Assembly: GCA_963796275.1 (NCBI GenBank) | Contig: CAWCKY010000006.1 | Coordinates: forward strand, 96,001-160,000 | Direction of reading: 5' to 3' | DNA length: 64,000 bases | From: an uncultured Acidobacteriota bacterium | GTDB lineage: Bacteria > Acidobacteriota > Blastocatellia > RBC074 | Shown here: piece by piece, positions 33,301 to 42,500 of the stretch | Numbering within the stretch: position 1 is the stretch's first letter | Layout of the letters: every line of letters starts with the position of its first letter | Program-made: the position numbers and the translations under genes | The notes under the pieces: model-generated | Databases searched by the model: none | What the model saw: only the letters and a program-made list of their open reading frames with translations | Told to the model about the DNA's origin: nothing

Positions 33301-36140
33301 CTGCGGCCTTCGTGACACTGGACGCTCTACCCTTGACGCCGAACGGCAAGATAGACCGCCGCGCGCTGCCTGCGCCGGAACAGTCACGGCCGGAATTAGC
33401 CGAAGCCTTCGTCACGCCGCGTAATCAAGTGGAGGAATTGCTGGCTGCCGCCTGGGCGGACGCGCTGGAGATTGAGCGGGTAGGCGTTCACGACAACTTC
33501 TTCGACCTGGGCGGACACTCTTTGCTGGCGACGAAACTGTTCTCCCGGATCAGAGACACATTTCAAGTGGAGCTGCCGCTGGCCGCTCTGTTTGAGGCGC
33601 CCACGGTCGCCGCTCTGGCCGAGCGCATCGAATCGGCAAAGAGGACGGTGCCGGGTTCGTCGCTTCCGCCATTAACGCCCATCGTGCAGAGGGGTGGACA
33701 TCTACCACTCTCCTACACTCAGCAGCGTCTGTGGTTTTTAGATCAATTGGAGCCTGGTAGCTCCGCTTACAACATCCCGGCCGCCGTACGTCTGACCGGC
33801 GCGCTCGACACGGAAGCGTTCGCGCGAAGCTTCCACGAGATCGTGCGGCGACATGAATCGTTGCGCGCGACGTTCGTCACGGTAAATGGGCAGCCGGCGC
33901 AATTGATCGCTCCGGTGCGGCCGGTGGATTTAACCGTGACGGACTTAGGCGGGCTGACCGAAACACTGCGCGAGCTTGAGGCGGAACGGTTAGCCGACGA
34001 AGAGATGCGACGGTCGTTCGATCTGGCGCGCGGGCCTTTGATCCGCCTGCGCCTGTTGAAACTGGGCGACGAAGATCATATCGCGCTGATGACGATGCAT
34101 CACATCACCAGTGATGGCTGGTCAATCGGAATTCTCATCCGCGAATTCGCCGCGCTCTACCAAGCTTTCACAGCAGGGCTGCCGTCGCCGCTGCCTGAGC
34201 TGCCGATTCAGTATTCGGACTTCGCAGTCTGGCAGCAAGAGTGGTTGCAAGGCGAGGCGCTGAAGACTCAGCTCGCCTACTGGAAGCGGCAGCTTGCGGG
34301 TCTACCCATATTGGAATTGCCCACGGATCGCCCGCGTCCGCCCGTACAAACCTTCCGTGGAGCCTGGCAATCGTTGTTTCTGTCGGCCGAGCAGGCTGAT
34401 TCGCTCAAGGCGCTCAGCCGCCAGGAGGGCGTGACGCTGTTCATGACTTTGTTGGCGGCTTTCAAAACGTTGCTGCGCTATTACACGAATCAAGATGACA
34501 TCGTGGTTGGCTCCGACATCGCCAATCGCACCCGGCGCGAGACCGAAGATTTGATCGGGTTCTTCGTCAACCAACTGGTGCTTCGTACTGACCTGTCCGG
34601 CAATCCAACTTTCCGCGAATTGCTGGGACGGGTGCGCGAAATGACTCTGGGAGCATTCGGGCGTCAGGATATGCCGTTCGGGAAGCTGGTCGAAGAGGTG
34701 CAGCCGCACCGAGACCCGAGCCGTAACCCGCTCTTCCAGGTCATGTTCATTGTCCAAAACGCTCCGATGCCCGAGCTCAAACTTACGGGCCTGACCTTGA
34801 CGCCTCTCGACGTTAAAGGAGAGACCTCGGTGTTTGATCTGACACTGTCGTTTGTTGATGCGGAGCACGGGCGGATTCGTGTGTTGTGCCGCTATAACAC
34901 CGACTTGTTCGAACCTGCCACGATACGGCGAATGCTGGAGCGTCTGGAGGCGCTGTTGAATCGAATTGTGGCGAACCCCGAGGCGAAACTGAGCGACTTG
35001 AACCTTGAAGCTGAAGCGGAGAAAAAAGGGCGTCTTGGCGGCGTAGACGCGAGGCTGATGAAGCTGATGAACGTCAAGCCTAAGACCGTCAGCATGTCGC
35101 AGGAGAGATTAGTTAAGCTGAGTTACTTAAATTCGGAGCGGATGTTACCTCTGATAGCTCAACCCAGCGTGGAGGATGTTGATTTAGTAACCTGGGCTGG
35201 GTTCAACAAGGGGCTGATCGAAGAACAGTTACTGAAGCATGGCGCGATACTTTTTCGCAACTTCGGGGCCACCTCAATAACTAGATTCGAGCAATTCACC
35301 AGGACAATATCGCCCGAACTAATGCAATACGGCGAACGCTCGTCGCCACGCCACAAGGTGAGCGGCTCGATTTATACGTCGACCGACCACCCAGCCGATC
35401 AGCCCATAGTGCTTCATAACGAGCAATCGTACACGCTGAGCTGGATGATGAAACTTTGGTTCTTCTGCCTTCAGCCGGCGCAAACTGGCGGAGGCACGCC
35501 GATCGCAGACAGCCGTCTGATCTTCAGGCGTTTGAGTCCGAAGCTTGTAGAAAGGTTCGAGGAGAGACAGGTGATGTACCTGCGGAACTATGGCGCCGGC
35601 CTCGGGCTTCCCTGGCAGGAGGTTTTTCAGACCAGCGCAAAGTCGGAAGTGGAAGCGTATTGCAGCCAGGCTGGGATCAGGTACGAATGGTTGGACGGCG
35701 AGCGTCTGAGGACGCGACAGGTTCGCCCGGCGATCAGAAGACACCCGAAGACGGATGAGAAGGTGTGGTTCAACCATGCCCTCTTCTTCCACGTATCGAG
35801 CCTGGAGGCGGCTACTCGCGACTCGCTCCTGTCCGGGTTGGAGGAGGAAGACCTTCCGTTCAACACCTGTTACGGAGATGGCTCTCCCTTTGAAGCCGCG
35901 GCGCTGGGTGAAATTCGCGAAGCGTATCGGCGAGAGACGGTGAGTTTTCCCTGGCAGGCGGGGGACATCCTGATGGTAGACAACATGCTCGTGGCGCATG
36001 GGCGCGAGCCATATACAGGTCAGCGGCAGGTTGTGGTAGCCATGGCGGAGCCATTCAACACTGAGAAGGCGATCGACGCGCGTGTCTCCAACCGACGGCG
36101 GCGATGGCTTGAAACGGCGCGCAGGAGGTATCGAAGATGA
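30357..36140 (+). CDS. NRPS C-A(Val)-PCP-C-TauD (SyrP-like Fe/2OG hydroxylase)
   Basis: C: HHVVSDG. A code read by eye DAFWLGGTFK. PCP: LGGHSL. Second C: HHITSDG. TauD: HNEQSY...DNMLVAHGR. Confidence 0.93.
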   Translation: MSIVSDLYKQISRLSGEKRRLFDLYLQKEGVTFSELLIVPQEKRGSDHFPLSFAQQRLWFLDQLEPGNPLYNNPAAIRFTGPLDRAALEQALNEIVGRHEILRTTFTMVSGQPVQVIAPKLILTLPVVDLRTKPEVEREDEVMRLATEEARKPFNLSEGPLLRVILMKLAEEEHVVLLTMHHVVSDGWSVGVLIREVAALYEAFTSCAPASLPELPIQYVDFAVWQRKWLTGKRLDEQLTYWKQHLAGAAPTLELPADRPRPAAQTYRGATRFFNLPVDVFRALKELSRQNDATLFMTMLAAFQTMLYRYSGQEDFCVGAAVANRNRVETEGLIGFFVNMLALRCDLSGDLSFRQLLERTRETALGALAHQDLPFEMLVEELQPQRNRSHTPLFQVIFDLNNAAPGAMGALKLANLKAEALQVEAGVAHADLVMSLMENGDALSGKLRYNTDIFDAATIERMLEHFQVLLIGIAADPDRRVSDMPLSTEVERRRLLSEWNDTASEYPRNKCVHELFEAQVERSSDAIALVVEEEQLTYRELNRRANQLAAYLGKLGVGPETPVGFCLERSPEMVVGILGILKAGGTYVPLDPAYPKERLAFMLEDTRTPVILTQQRLIEHLPEHQASVVRIDADWELMTEESEANRASGATAGHLAYIMYTSGSTGRPKGIAIQHRAINRLVFNTNYIEITPEDRMLLASNSAFDAATFELWGALLHGARLVGVSREAVISPRELAASIRDHGISAMWLTAALFNQMTREVPKAFGAVKHLLIGGEALDPHRVREALKNDPPARLVNGYGPTEGTTFTTWYLAQEAAEGASSIPIGRPISNTQTYLLDRNQQPTPIGIAGELYIGGDGLARGYFNRPELTAEKFVPNPYSERPGARLYRTGDLVRYLPDGAIEFLGRLDHQVKIRGFRIELGEIEAALNRHPSVRESIVLLREDAPGEKRLVAYLATESRKAFTVDDLRNFLRQKLPDYMTPAAFVTLDALPLTPNGKIDRRALPAPEQSRPELAEAFVTPRNQVEELLAAAWADALEIERVGVHDNFFDLGGHSLLATKLFSRIRDTFQVELPLAALFEAPTVAALAERIESAKRTVPGSSLPPLTPIVQRGGHLPLSYTQQRLWFLDQLEPGSSAYNIPAAVRLTGALDTEAFARSFHEIVRRHESLRATFVTVNGQPAQLIAPVRPVDLTVTDLGGLTETLRELEAERLADEEMRRSFDLARGPLIRLRLLKLGDEDHIALMTMHHITSDGWSIGILIREFAALYQAFTAGLPSPLPELPIQYSDFAVWQQEWLQGEALKTQLAYWKRQLAGLPILELPTDRPRPPVQTFRGAWQSLFLSAEQADSLKALSRQEGVTLFMTLLAAFKTLLRYYTNQDDIVVGSDIANRTRRETEDLIGFFVNQLVLRTDLSGNPTFRELLGRVREMTLGAFGRQDMPFGKLVEEVQPHRDPSRNPLFQVMFIVQNAPMPELKLTGLTLTPLDVKGETSVFDLTLSFVDAEHGRIRVLCRYNTDLFEPATIRRMLERLEALLNRIVANPEAKLSDLNLEAEAEKKGRLGGVDARLMKLMNVKPKTVSMSQERLVKLSYLNSERMLPLIAQPSVEDVDLVTWAGFNKGLIEEQLLKHGAILFRNFGATSITRFEQFTRTISPELMQYGERSSPRHKVSGSIYTSTDHPADQPIVLHNEQSYTLSWMMKLWFFCLQPAQTGGGTPIADSRLIFRRLSPKLVERFEERQVMYLRNYGAGLGLPWQEVFQTSAKSEVEAYCSQAGIRYEWLDGERLRTRQVRPAIRRHPKTDEKVWFNHALFFHVSSLEAATRDSLLSGLEEEDLPFNTCYGDGSPFEAAALGEIREAYRRETVSFPWQAGDILMVDNMLVAHGREPYTGQRQVVVAMAEPFNTEKAIDARVSNRRRRWLETARRRYRR

Positions 36141-36265
36141 ATACTGGTACGAGTTTTTCTTCATATACACCTTTACACCTTGGCTGAGGACGAACAAGGC
36201 AACGAGATCATACCCATGGCGTAATAGTCAGCAACGTTATGGAAGGCAGGCGATGGAGCAGACAC

Positions 36266-39200
36266 ATGAGCGACTCGATTTTTGAATCCGACAATTTGTA
36301 TCCACTCTCACATGGTCAGCGGGCTTTATGGTTCGTGCAGCGGTTGGCGCCAAATGGCGTGGCTTACAATTTCGCGCATGCGGCCCGAATTCTGACTGAG
36401 TTGGACATCATCGCTTTTCAACGTGCGATCCAGCAGCTGGTGAGGCGCCATCCGGCGCTCAGGACGACCTTTCCCTCTCGTGACGGGGAGCCGGCGCAGC
36501 GGATTCACGATCACGCGGAGTTCCATTTCCGAACGGAGGACGCGACCTGGTGGAGCGAGGCGCAGTTGAACGAGCGCCTGGCCGAGGAGGTCTACCGCCC
36601 ATTCGATCTGGCGCACGGCCCGCTGCTGCGAATCTTCCTGTTCACTCGGTCAGATCGGGAACATGTCGTCCTCCTGGTGACTCATCACATTGTGGCCGAC
36701 CTCTGGTCGGTGGTGGTGGTTATGTCTGAGTTGGGGGCGCTGTATTCGGCGGAAAAGTCCGGCGGCCCCCTGGGTCTTTCCAGTCCGCCAACGCATGACA
36801 TCGATTATGTCCGCCAGCAAGCCGAGTCGATGACCGGCCCGGAGAGCGAACGACTCTGGGCGTTTTGGCGGAAGCAGTTGGCGGGAGCGCCGCCCATGCT
36901 GAATCTGCGGACCGACCGGCCGTGGCCGCCGGTACAAACCGACCGTGGCGCCTCCCGGACTTTGAGGCTAGGCCAGACGGTTTCGCAGGGACTTAAAGTC
37001 CTGGCCAGAACCCACGGGGCCACGCTGTTTATGACTCTGTTGGCCGCCTTTCAGGCACTGCTTCATCGTTACACCGGTCAAGAAGATATTCTGGTTGCCT
37101 CTCCGATGATCAGGAGGGGGCGTGAGGCGGCGAATCTGGTCGGTTATTTCATTAATCCGGTGGTATTGCGTGCGGATTTTTCGGGAGACCCGACATTCTC
37201 TTCCTTCCTCGATCAAGTGCGCCAGACCGCGCTCGAAGCCTTCGAACACAGCGCCTATCCGTTTCCGCTGCTCATTGAGCAATTGCAGCCGGCGCGGGAC
37301 CCTAGCCGGCCGCCGCTCGTTCAGGTCGCTTTTACCTGGCAGCAGACGACTCGCGTGATCAGCAATCAGGCGATGGCTGCATTTGCAGTGGGCGAAAAGG
37401 GAGGAGGGAGGCTGGAGTTGGGGAAGCTTCAGTTTGAATCCATGGCCCTCGAACCCCGGGTCGCTCCGTTCGAGTTGTTGTTGCTGATGGCCGAAGCGAG
37501 TGAAGAGCTGATAGCTACGGTGGAATACAACACCGACCTGTTCGACGGGGAGACGATGGAACGGATGCTGGAACATTTCCAGACTTTGCTGGAGGGAGTT
37601 GTCGCGGACCCGAAACGGCGAATCTCCGACGCCCCACTATTAACGGCGCGGGAGTTATCGCAAGAACTCGTCGAGTGGAATAGGGCCCCGGCCGAATGTA
37701 CTGAGAGTCAATGCGTCCACCAGCGGTTTGCCGAAGTGGCGGGAGAGAATCCGCAGGCCACCGCCCTGGTTAACGAAGAGGAACAGCTCACATACGAGCG
37801 GCTGAACGAGCGGGCCAATCAGTTGGCTCATTACCTGATGAAACGTGGAATCGGCCCGGAAGTATTGGTCGGCATCTGTATGGAGCGCTCAATCGATATG
37901 GCGGTGAGCTTGCTGGGAATCCTCAAAGCGGGTGGGGCATTTCTACCGCTGGACCCGGCATATCCGAGGGAACGACTGGCATACATGATCAAAGATAGCG
38001 GGGCGAGGATGATCCTGACGCGAGGAACAAGTGAAGGAGGAATATGGGAAAGAGAGGAGGAAATGATCCGGCTGGAGAGTGAATGGGAAATGATCGGGCG
38101 GGAAAGCACAGCTAATCCGGAGGCGGGGACGACGCCCGAGAATCTGGCGTATGTGATCTATACCTCGGGGTCGACGGGCCAACCCAAGGGGACGATGCTC
38201 CATCATCGAGGACTGCGCAATCTGATCGAGGGGCAAAGGCGAGGGTTCAATCCGGGAGCGAGCGATCGAATCCTGCAATTCTCATCGCTGAGCTTCGACG
38301 CGTCGGTATGGGAAGTGGTGATGGCGCTGATGGCAGGAGGAAGCCTGGTATTGCCGAGGCGGGAATCGCTGGCAACGGGTCAGGGGCTGGTGGGAACGAT
38401 GAGGGAGCAAGGGATCACGATAGTGACGTTGCCGCCGTCAATGCTGGGAGTGATGCCGGAGGAGGGGCTGCCGGAGTTACACACGATCATCACGGCGGGA
38501 GAGAAATGTCCTGGGGCATTGGCCGGGATTTGGGGGAAGGGGCGGCGATTCTTGAACGCCTACGGCCCGACGGAGACGACGGTATGCGCGTCAATATATG
38601 AGCTGGGGGAGAAGGATGTGATAGGGAGAGAGGGGAGAGGAGCTAACCCCGAAAACCCGCCGATCGGGCGGCCGATCACGAATTTCCAGATATATGTACT
38701 GGACGGGCAAATGAGACCGGCGGCGGTGGGAATAGCTGGGGAGTTGTATATCGGGGGAGTAGGGCTGGGGCGCGGGTATCTGAACCGGCCGGAGCAGACG
38801 GCCGAGAGGTTCATCCCGCATCCGTTCAGTGAGGAAGTGGGGGCGCGATTGTACAAGAGCGGGGATTTGGTGCGACGGCTGAGTGACGGGAATGTGGAAT
38901 ATGTGGGGCGAATCGATCATCAGGTAAAAGTTCGAGGATTTCGCATCGAGTTGGGAGAGATCGAAGCGGTGCTGAGAGGGCGGGAGGAAATACGTGAAGT
39001 GGTTGTGATGGCGAGGGAAGATGCGCCGGGAGAACGGCGACTGGTGGCGTATCTGGCGGTGGGACCTGGGCAATCTCCCCCGATAAACGAACTGCGAAAC
39101 CTGCTGCGGGAACGATTACCAGACTATATGGTGCCGTCGGCATTCGTCACACTGCAATCTTTCCCCTTGACCCCCAGCGGTAAAGTGGATCGCAGTGCGC

Positions 39201-39547
39201 TGCCGCCGCCCGAAAGACCGCGGCCGGAGTTGGAAGCCGGCTACGTGAGGCCCCGGAACGAGATAGAACGGGTCATCGCGGAAGTTTGGCAAAAGGTATT
39301 GGGCATTGAACGTGTGGGCGTCCATGACAACTTTTTCGACCTGGGCGGGCATTCGTTGATGCTGGCCAAGATCCACAGTCAAATGCAGGAAGTCCTCAAC
39401 CGCGAGTTACCCATGATCGAAATGTTCAAATATCCCACCATCAGTGCCCTGGCCGATTATTTGAGCCGGGAAGACGGCGGCCAACCCTCTTTTCAGATGA
39501 GTCGGCAGCGCGCCAGGGAGCAAATGGACGCGATGAATCTCGGGTAG
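36266..39547 (+). CDS. NRPS C-A(Phe)-PCP
   Basis: C motif HHIVADLW. A code read by eye DAWTIAAVCK (GrsA/TycA Phe type). PCP LGGHSL with a tail typical of PCPs that feed a KS. Confidence 0.93.
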   Translation: MSDSIFESDNLYPLSHGQRALWFVQRLAPNGVAYNFAHAARILTELDIIAFQRAIQQLVRRHPALRTTFPSRDGEPAQRIHDHAEFHFRTEDATWWSEAQLNERLAEEVYRPFDLAHGPLLRIFLFTRSDREHVVLLVTHHIVADLWSVVVVMSELGALYSAEKSGGPLGLSSPPTHDIDYVRQQAESMTGPESERLWAFWRKQLAGAPPMLNLRTDRPWPPVQTDRGASRTLRLGQTVSQGLKVLARTHGATLFMTLLAAFQALLHRYTGQEDILVASPMIRRGREAANLVGYFINPVVLRADFSGDPTFSSFLDQVRQTALEAFEHSAYPFPLLIEQLQPARDPSRPPLVQVAFTWQQTTRVISNQAMAAFAVGEKGGGRLELGKLQFESMALEPRVAPFELLLLMAEASEELIATVEYNTDLFDGETMERMLEHFQTLLEGVVADPKRRISDAPLLTARELSQELVEWNRAPAECTESQCVHQRFAEVAGENPQATALVNEEEQLTYERLNERANQLAHYLMKRGIGPEVLVGICMERSIDMAVSLLGILKAGGAFLPLDPAYPRERLAYMIKDSGARMILTRGTSEGGIWEREEEMIRLESEWEMIGRESTANPEAGTTPENLAYVIYTSGSTGQPKGTMLHHRGLRNLIEGQRRGFNPGASDRILQFSSLSFDASVWEVVMALMAGGSLVLPRRESLATGQGLVGTMREQGITIVTLPPSMLGVMPEEGLPELHTIITAGEKCPGALAGIWGKGRRFLNAYGPTETTVCASIYELGEKDVIGREGRGANPENPPIGRPITNFQIYVLDGQMRPAAVGIAGELYIGGVGLGRGYLNRPEQTAERFIPHPFSEEVGARLYKSGDLVRRLSDGNVEYVGRIDHQVKVRGFRIELGEIEAVLRGREEIREVVVMAREDAPGERRLVAYLAVGPGQSPPINELRNLLRERLPDYMVPSAFVTLQSFPLTPSGKVDRSALPPPERPRPELEAGYVRPRNEIERVIAEVWQKVLGIERVGVHDNFFDLGGHSLMLAKIHSQMQEVLNRELPMIEMFKYPTISALADYLSREDGGQPSFQMSRQRAREQMDAMNLG

Positions 39548-39575
39548 ATGTATTGGAGTTAAAGGAGCGAATCAG

Positions 39576-42500
39576 ATGAATAGTGAACCAAAAGTTTCCG
39601 ATGCGAGTAACCGACTCGACATCGCCATTATCGGTATCGGTTGCCGTTTTCCGGGAGGCGCCAATAGTCCTGGGGCCTACTGGGAATTGCAGCGGAACGG
39701 CGTGGACGCGATCACCGAGGTTCCGGCTGACCGTTGGGACAGTAAAGCCTTCTATCATCCGGACTCGGGCCGGCCAGGCAAGATCAATTCACGTTGGGGG
39801 GGCTTCATCGAACGAATAGATCATTTTGATGCCCGCTTCTTTGGCATCTCCCCTCGGGAAGCCGCACGCATGGATCCCCAGCAGCGGATGCTGCTGGAGG
39901 TTGCCTGGGAGGCGTTGGAGGACGGCGGCCAGACGCTGGAGCGGTTGGCCGGCACGGGGGTCGGAGTTTTCATCGGCGTTTCGACGATGGACTACCAGGA
40001 GATAACTCGTTGCGTGAGTGATCGCGAATTCATTGATGCTCATACGAACACGGGAGGGGCGATGAGCATCGCCGCGAACCGCATTTCCTACGTTTTCGAT
40101 TTCAGAGGACCGAGTTTTGCCGTGGATACCGCTTGCTCATCGTCGCTGACCGCGGTCCATCTCGCCACCCGAAGTCTGCGGGATGGGGAATGCGAACTCG
40201 CCCTGGTCGGCGGTACAAACGCGCTGATCAAACCTGAAACAACAATGGGTTTCAGCCGGGCCTCCATGCTCTCCCCAGACGGACGCTGCAAGGCTTTCGA
40301 CGCCAGCGCCAATGGTTACACGCGCGGTGAAGGCGCCGGGATGGTCGTCTTAAAGCCTCTGAAAAAGGCATTGGCGGACGGCGACCCGATTTATGCCGTC
40401 ATCCGCGGAACCGCGATCAACGAGGATGGGCACACCAGCGGGATCACGGTTCCCGGTCGCCAGGCGCAGGAGGCGATGCTCCGGCAAGCGTACCGACAGG
40501 CCGGAGTGGTGCCAAGCGACGTGCAGTACGTCGAGGCGCACGGGACAGGCACGCCGGTGGGCGATCCAATAGAGGCGCAAGCCCTGGGCGCGGTGCTGGG
40601 CCAGGGGCGTCCTCCCGGTGATCATTGCGTAATCGGTTCGGTCAAAACCAACATCGGACACCTCGAAGCCGGCGCAGGCATCGCCGGATTGATCAAGGTC
40701 GCGCTGATGATGAGGCATCGAGCGATCCCGCCGACCCTGCACTTCCGGGATCCGAATCCAAACATCCCCTTCGAAGAGCTCCGATTGCGGGTTCCACGAA
40801 CGCTCGAACCGTGGCCCGACGGAAAGGGACTGGCCCGGGCGGGCGTAAATTCCTTCGGTTTCGGCGGGGCCAACGCGCACGTGGTCTTGGAAGAAGCTCC
40901 CCAAGAAGATCGAGGATCGGGGATTGAGGATCGAAGATCGCAATCCGCAATCCTCGATCAATCCTCGATCCACAATCCGCAGTCTGCCTATCTTCTGCCG
41001 CTGTCCGCTCGCAGTCCCGAGGCGCTTCGGGCCGTCGCGCAAGCGTACCAGAGTTTTCTGGCCGGCGATGGCGCTGGGACGCCCCTTTCTGACTTGTGCT
41101 ATTCCGCCAGTCTGCGGCGAAGCCACCACGACTACCGATTGGCGCTGGTTGGCCGCTCTCACGAAGAGTTGGCTGGAAGTCTGGCGGCGTTTCTGGCCGG
41201 AGAGACTCGTCACGGGCTCTCATCCGGCCATCCCGTTTTCGGCCATCGTCCCAGGATCGTCTTCGTCTTCTCCGGCATGGGGCCGCAGTGGTGGGCGATG
41301 GGACGGCAGATGCTGGAGCAGGAACCCGTCTTTCGGGAGGCTATAGAACGGTGTGACGAGTTGCTCCGGCGACACGCGAAATGGTCTTTGCTCGAAGAGC
41401 TGTTGGCCGATGAATCCCAATCACGAATGAGCGAAGCGGAGATCGCTCAACCGGCGAATTTCGCGCTCCAGGTCGCGCTCGCCGCCCTGTGGCGTTCCTG
41501 GGGGATTGAGCCGGATGCGATTATCGGCCATAGCGCGGGAGAAGTGGCGGCCATTCACGTGGCAGGGGTGATGAATCTGGAAGAGGCGGTCCGTGTCATC
41601 TTCCATCGCAGCCGATTGCAACAGCGGGCGACCGGGAAAGGGAAGATGGCGGCTGTCAGCCTGTCGTTGGCGGAGGCTGGGCGCGCAATCGAGGGATATG
41701 AAGATCGCGTCTCGATTGCAGCCATCAACAGCCCCATGTCAGTCACTTTGTCCGGCGACGCTGATGCTATCGAGGAGATTGTCCGAACTTTAGAGCTGAG
41801 GCAGGTCTTTTCTCGCATCTTGCAGGTAGAGGTCCCTTATCACAGCCGTCACATGGAGCCTTTCAAGGACGAGTTATCGCAGTCCTTGCGCGATTTGGAA
41901 CTACGGCCCGCTTCGATCCCTCTCTATTCCACTGTTAGCGGCCTGTGCATAGGGCTCGCCGATAGCCGGGAGTTGGACGCGGAATACTGGTGGCGCAATG
42001 TCAGGAACCCCGTTCGCTTCGCGGAAGCGATGGACCGGCTCATTCAAGACGGGCATAACGTTTTCGTCGAATTAAGCCCCCACCCCGTCCTTGCCGGCTC
42101 GATCTCTCAATGCTTGATGCAGAGCGGACAAAAGGGAACCATCCTTCCTTCGCTGCGTCGCCAGGAAGCGGAACGGGAGCAGATGTTAGGGTCTCTCGGC
42201 GTGCTCCACACGCTGGGCAATAAGGTGGAGTGGGAGAGACTATATCCCGAGGGCGGGCGATTCGTCAGGCTGCCGTCCTACCCCTGGCAACACGAGCGTT
42301 ATTGGCAAGAGTCCGAAGTGGCGGAACAGAGCAGACTGGGACGACAGATCCACCCGCTGTTGGGCCGCCGGATGGCTTCGGCCCACCCGTCGTGGGAACT
42401 CGATCTGGATATGCAACACCTGCCATATCTGGGCGACCATCGGGTGCAGGGGACCGTCACCTATCCCGGAGCGGCATACGTGGAATCGGCGCTGGCCGTC

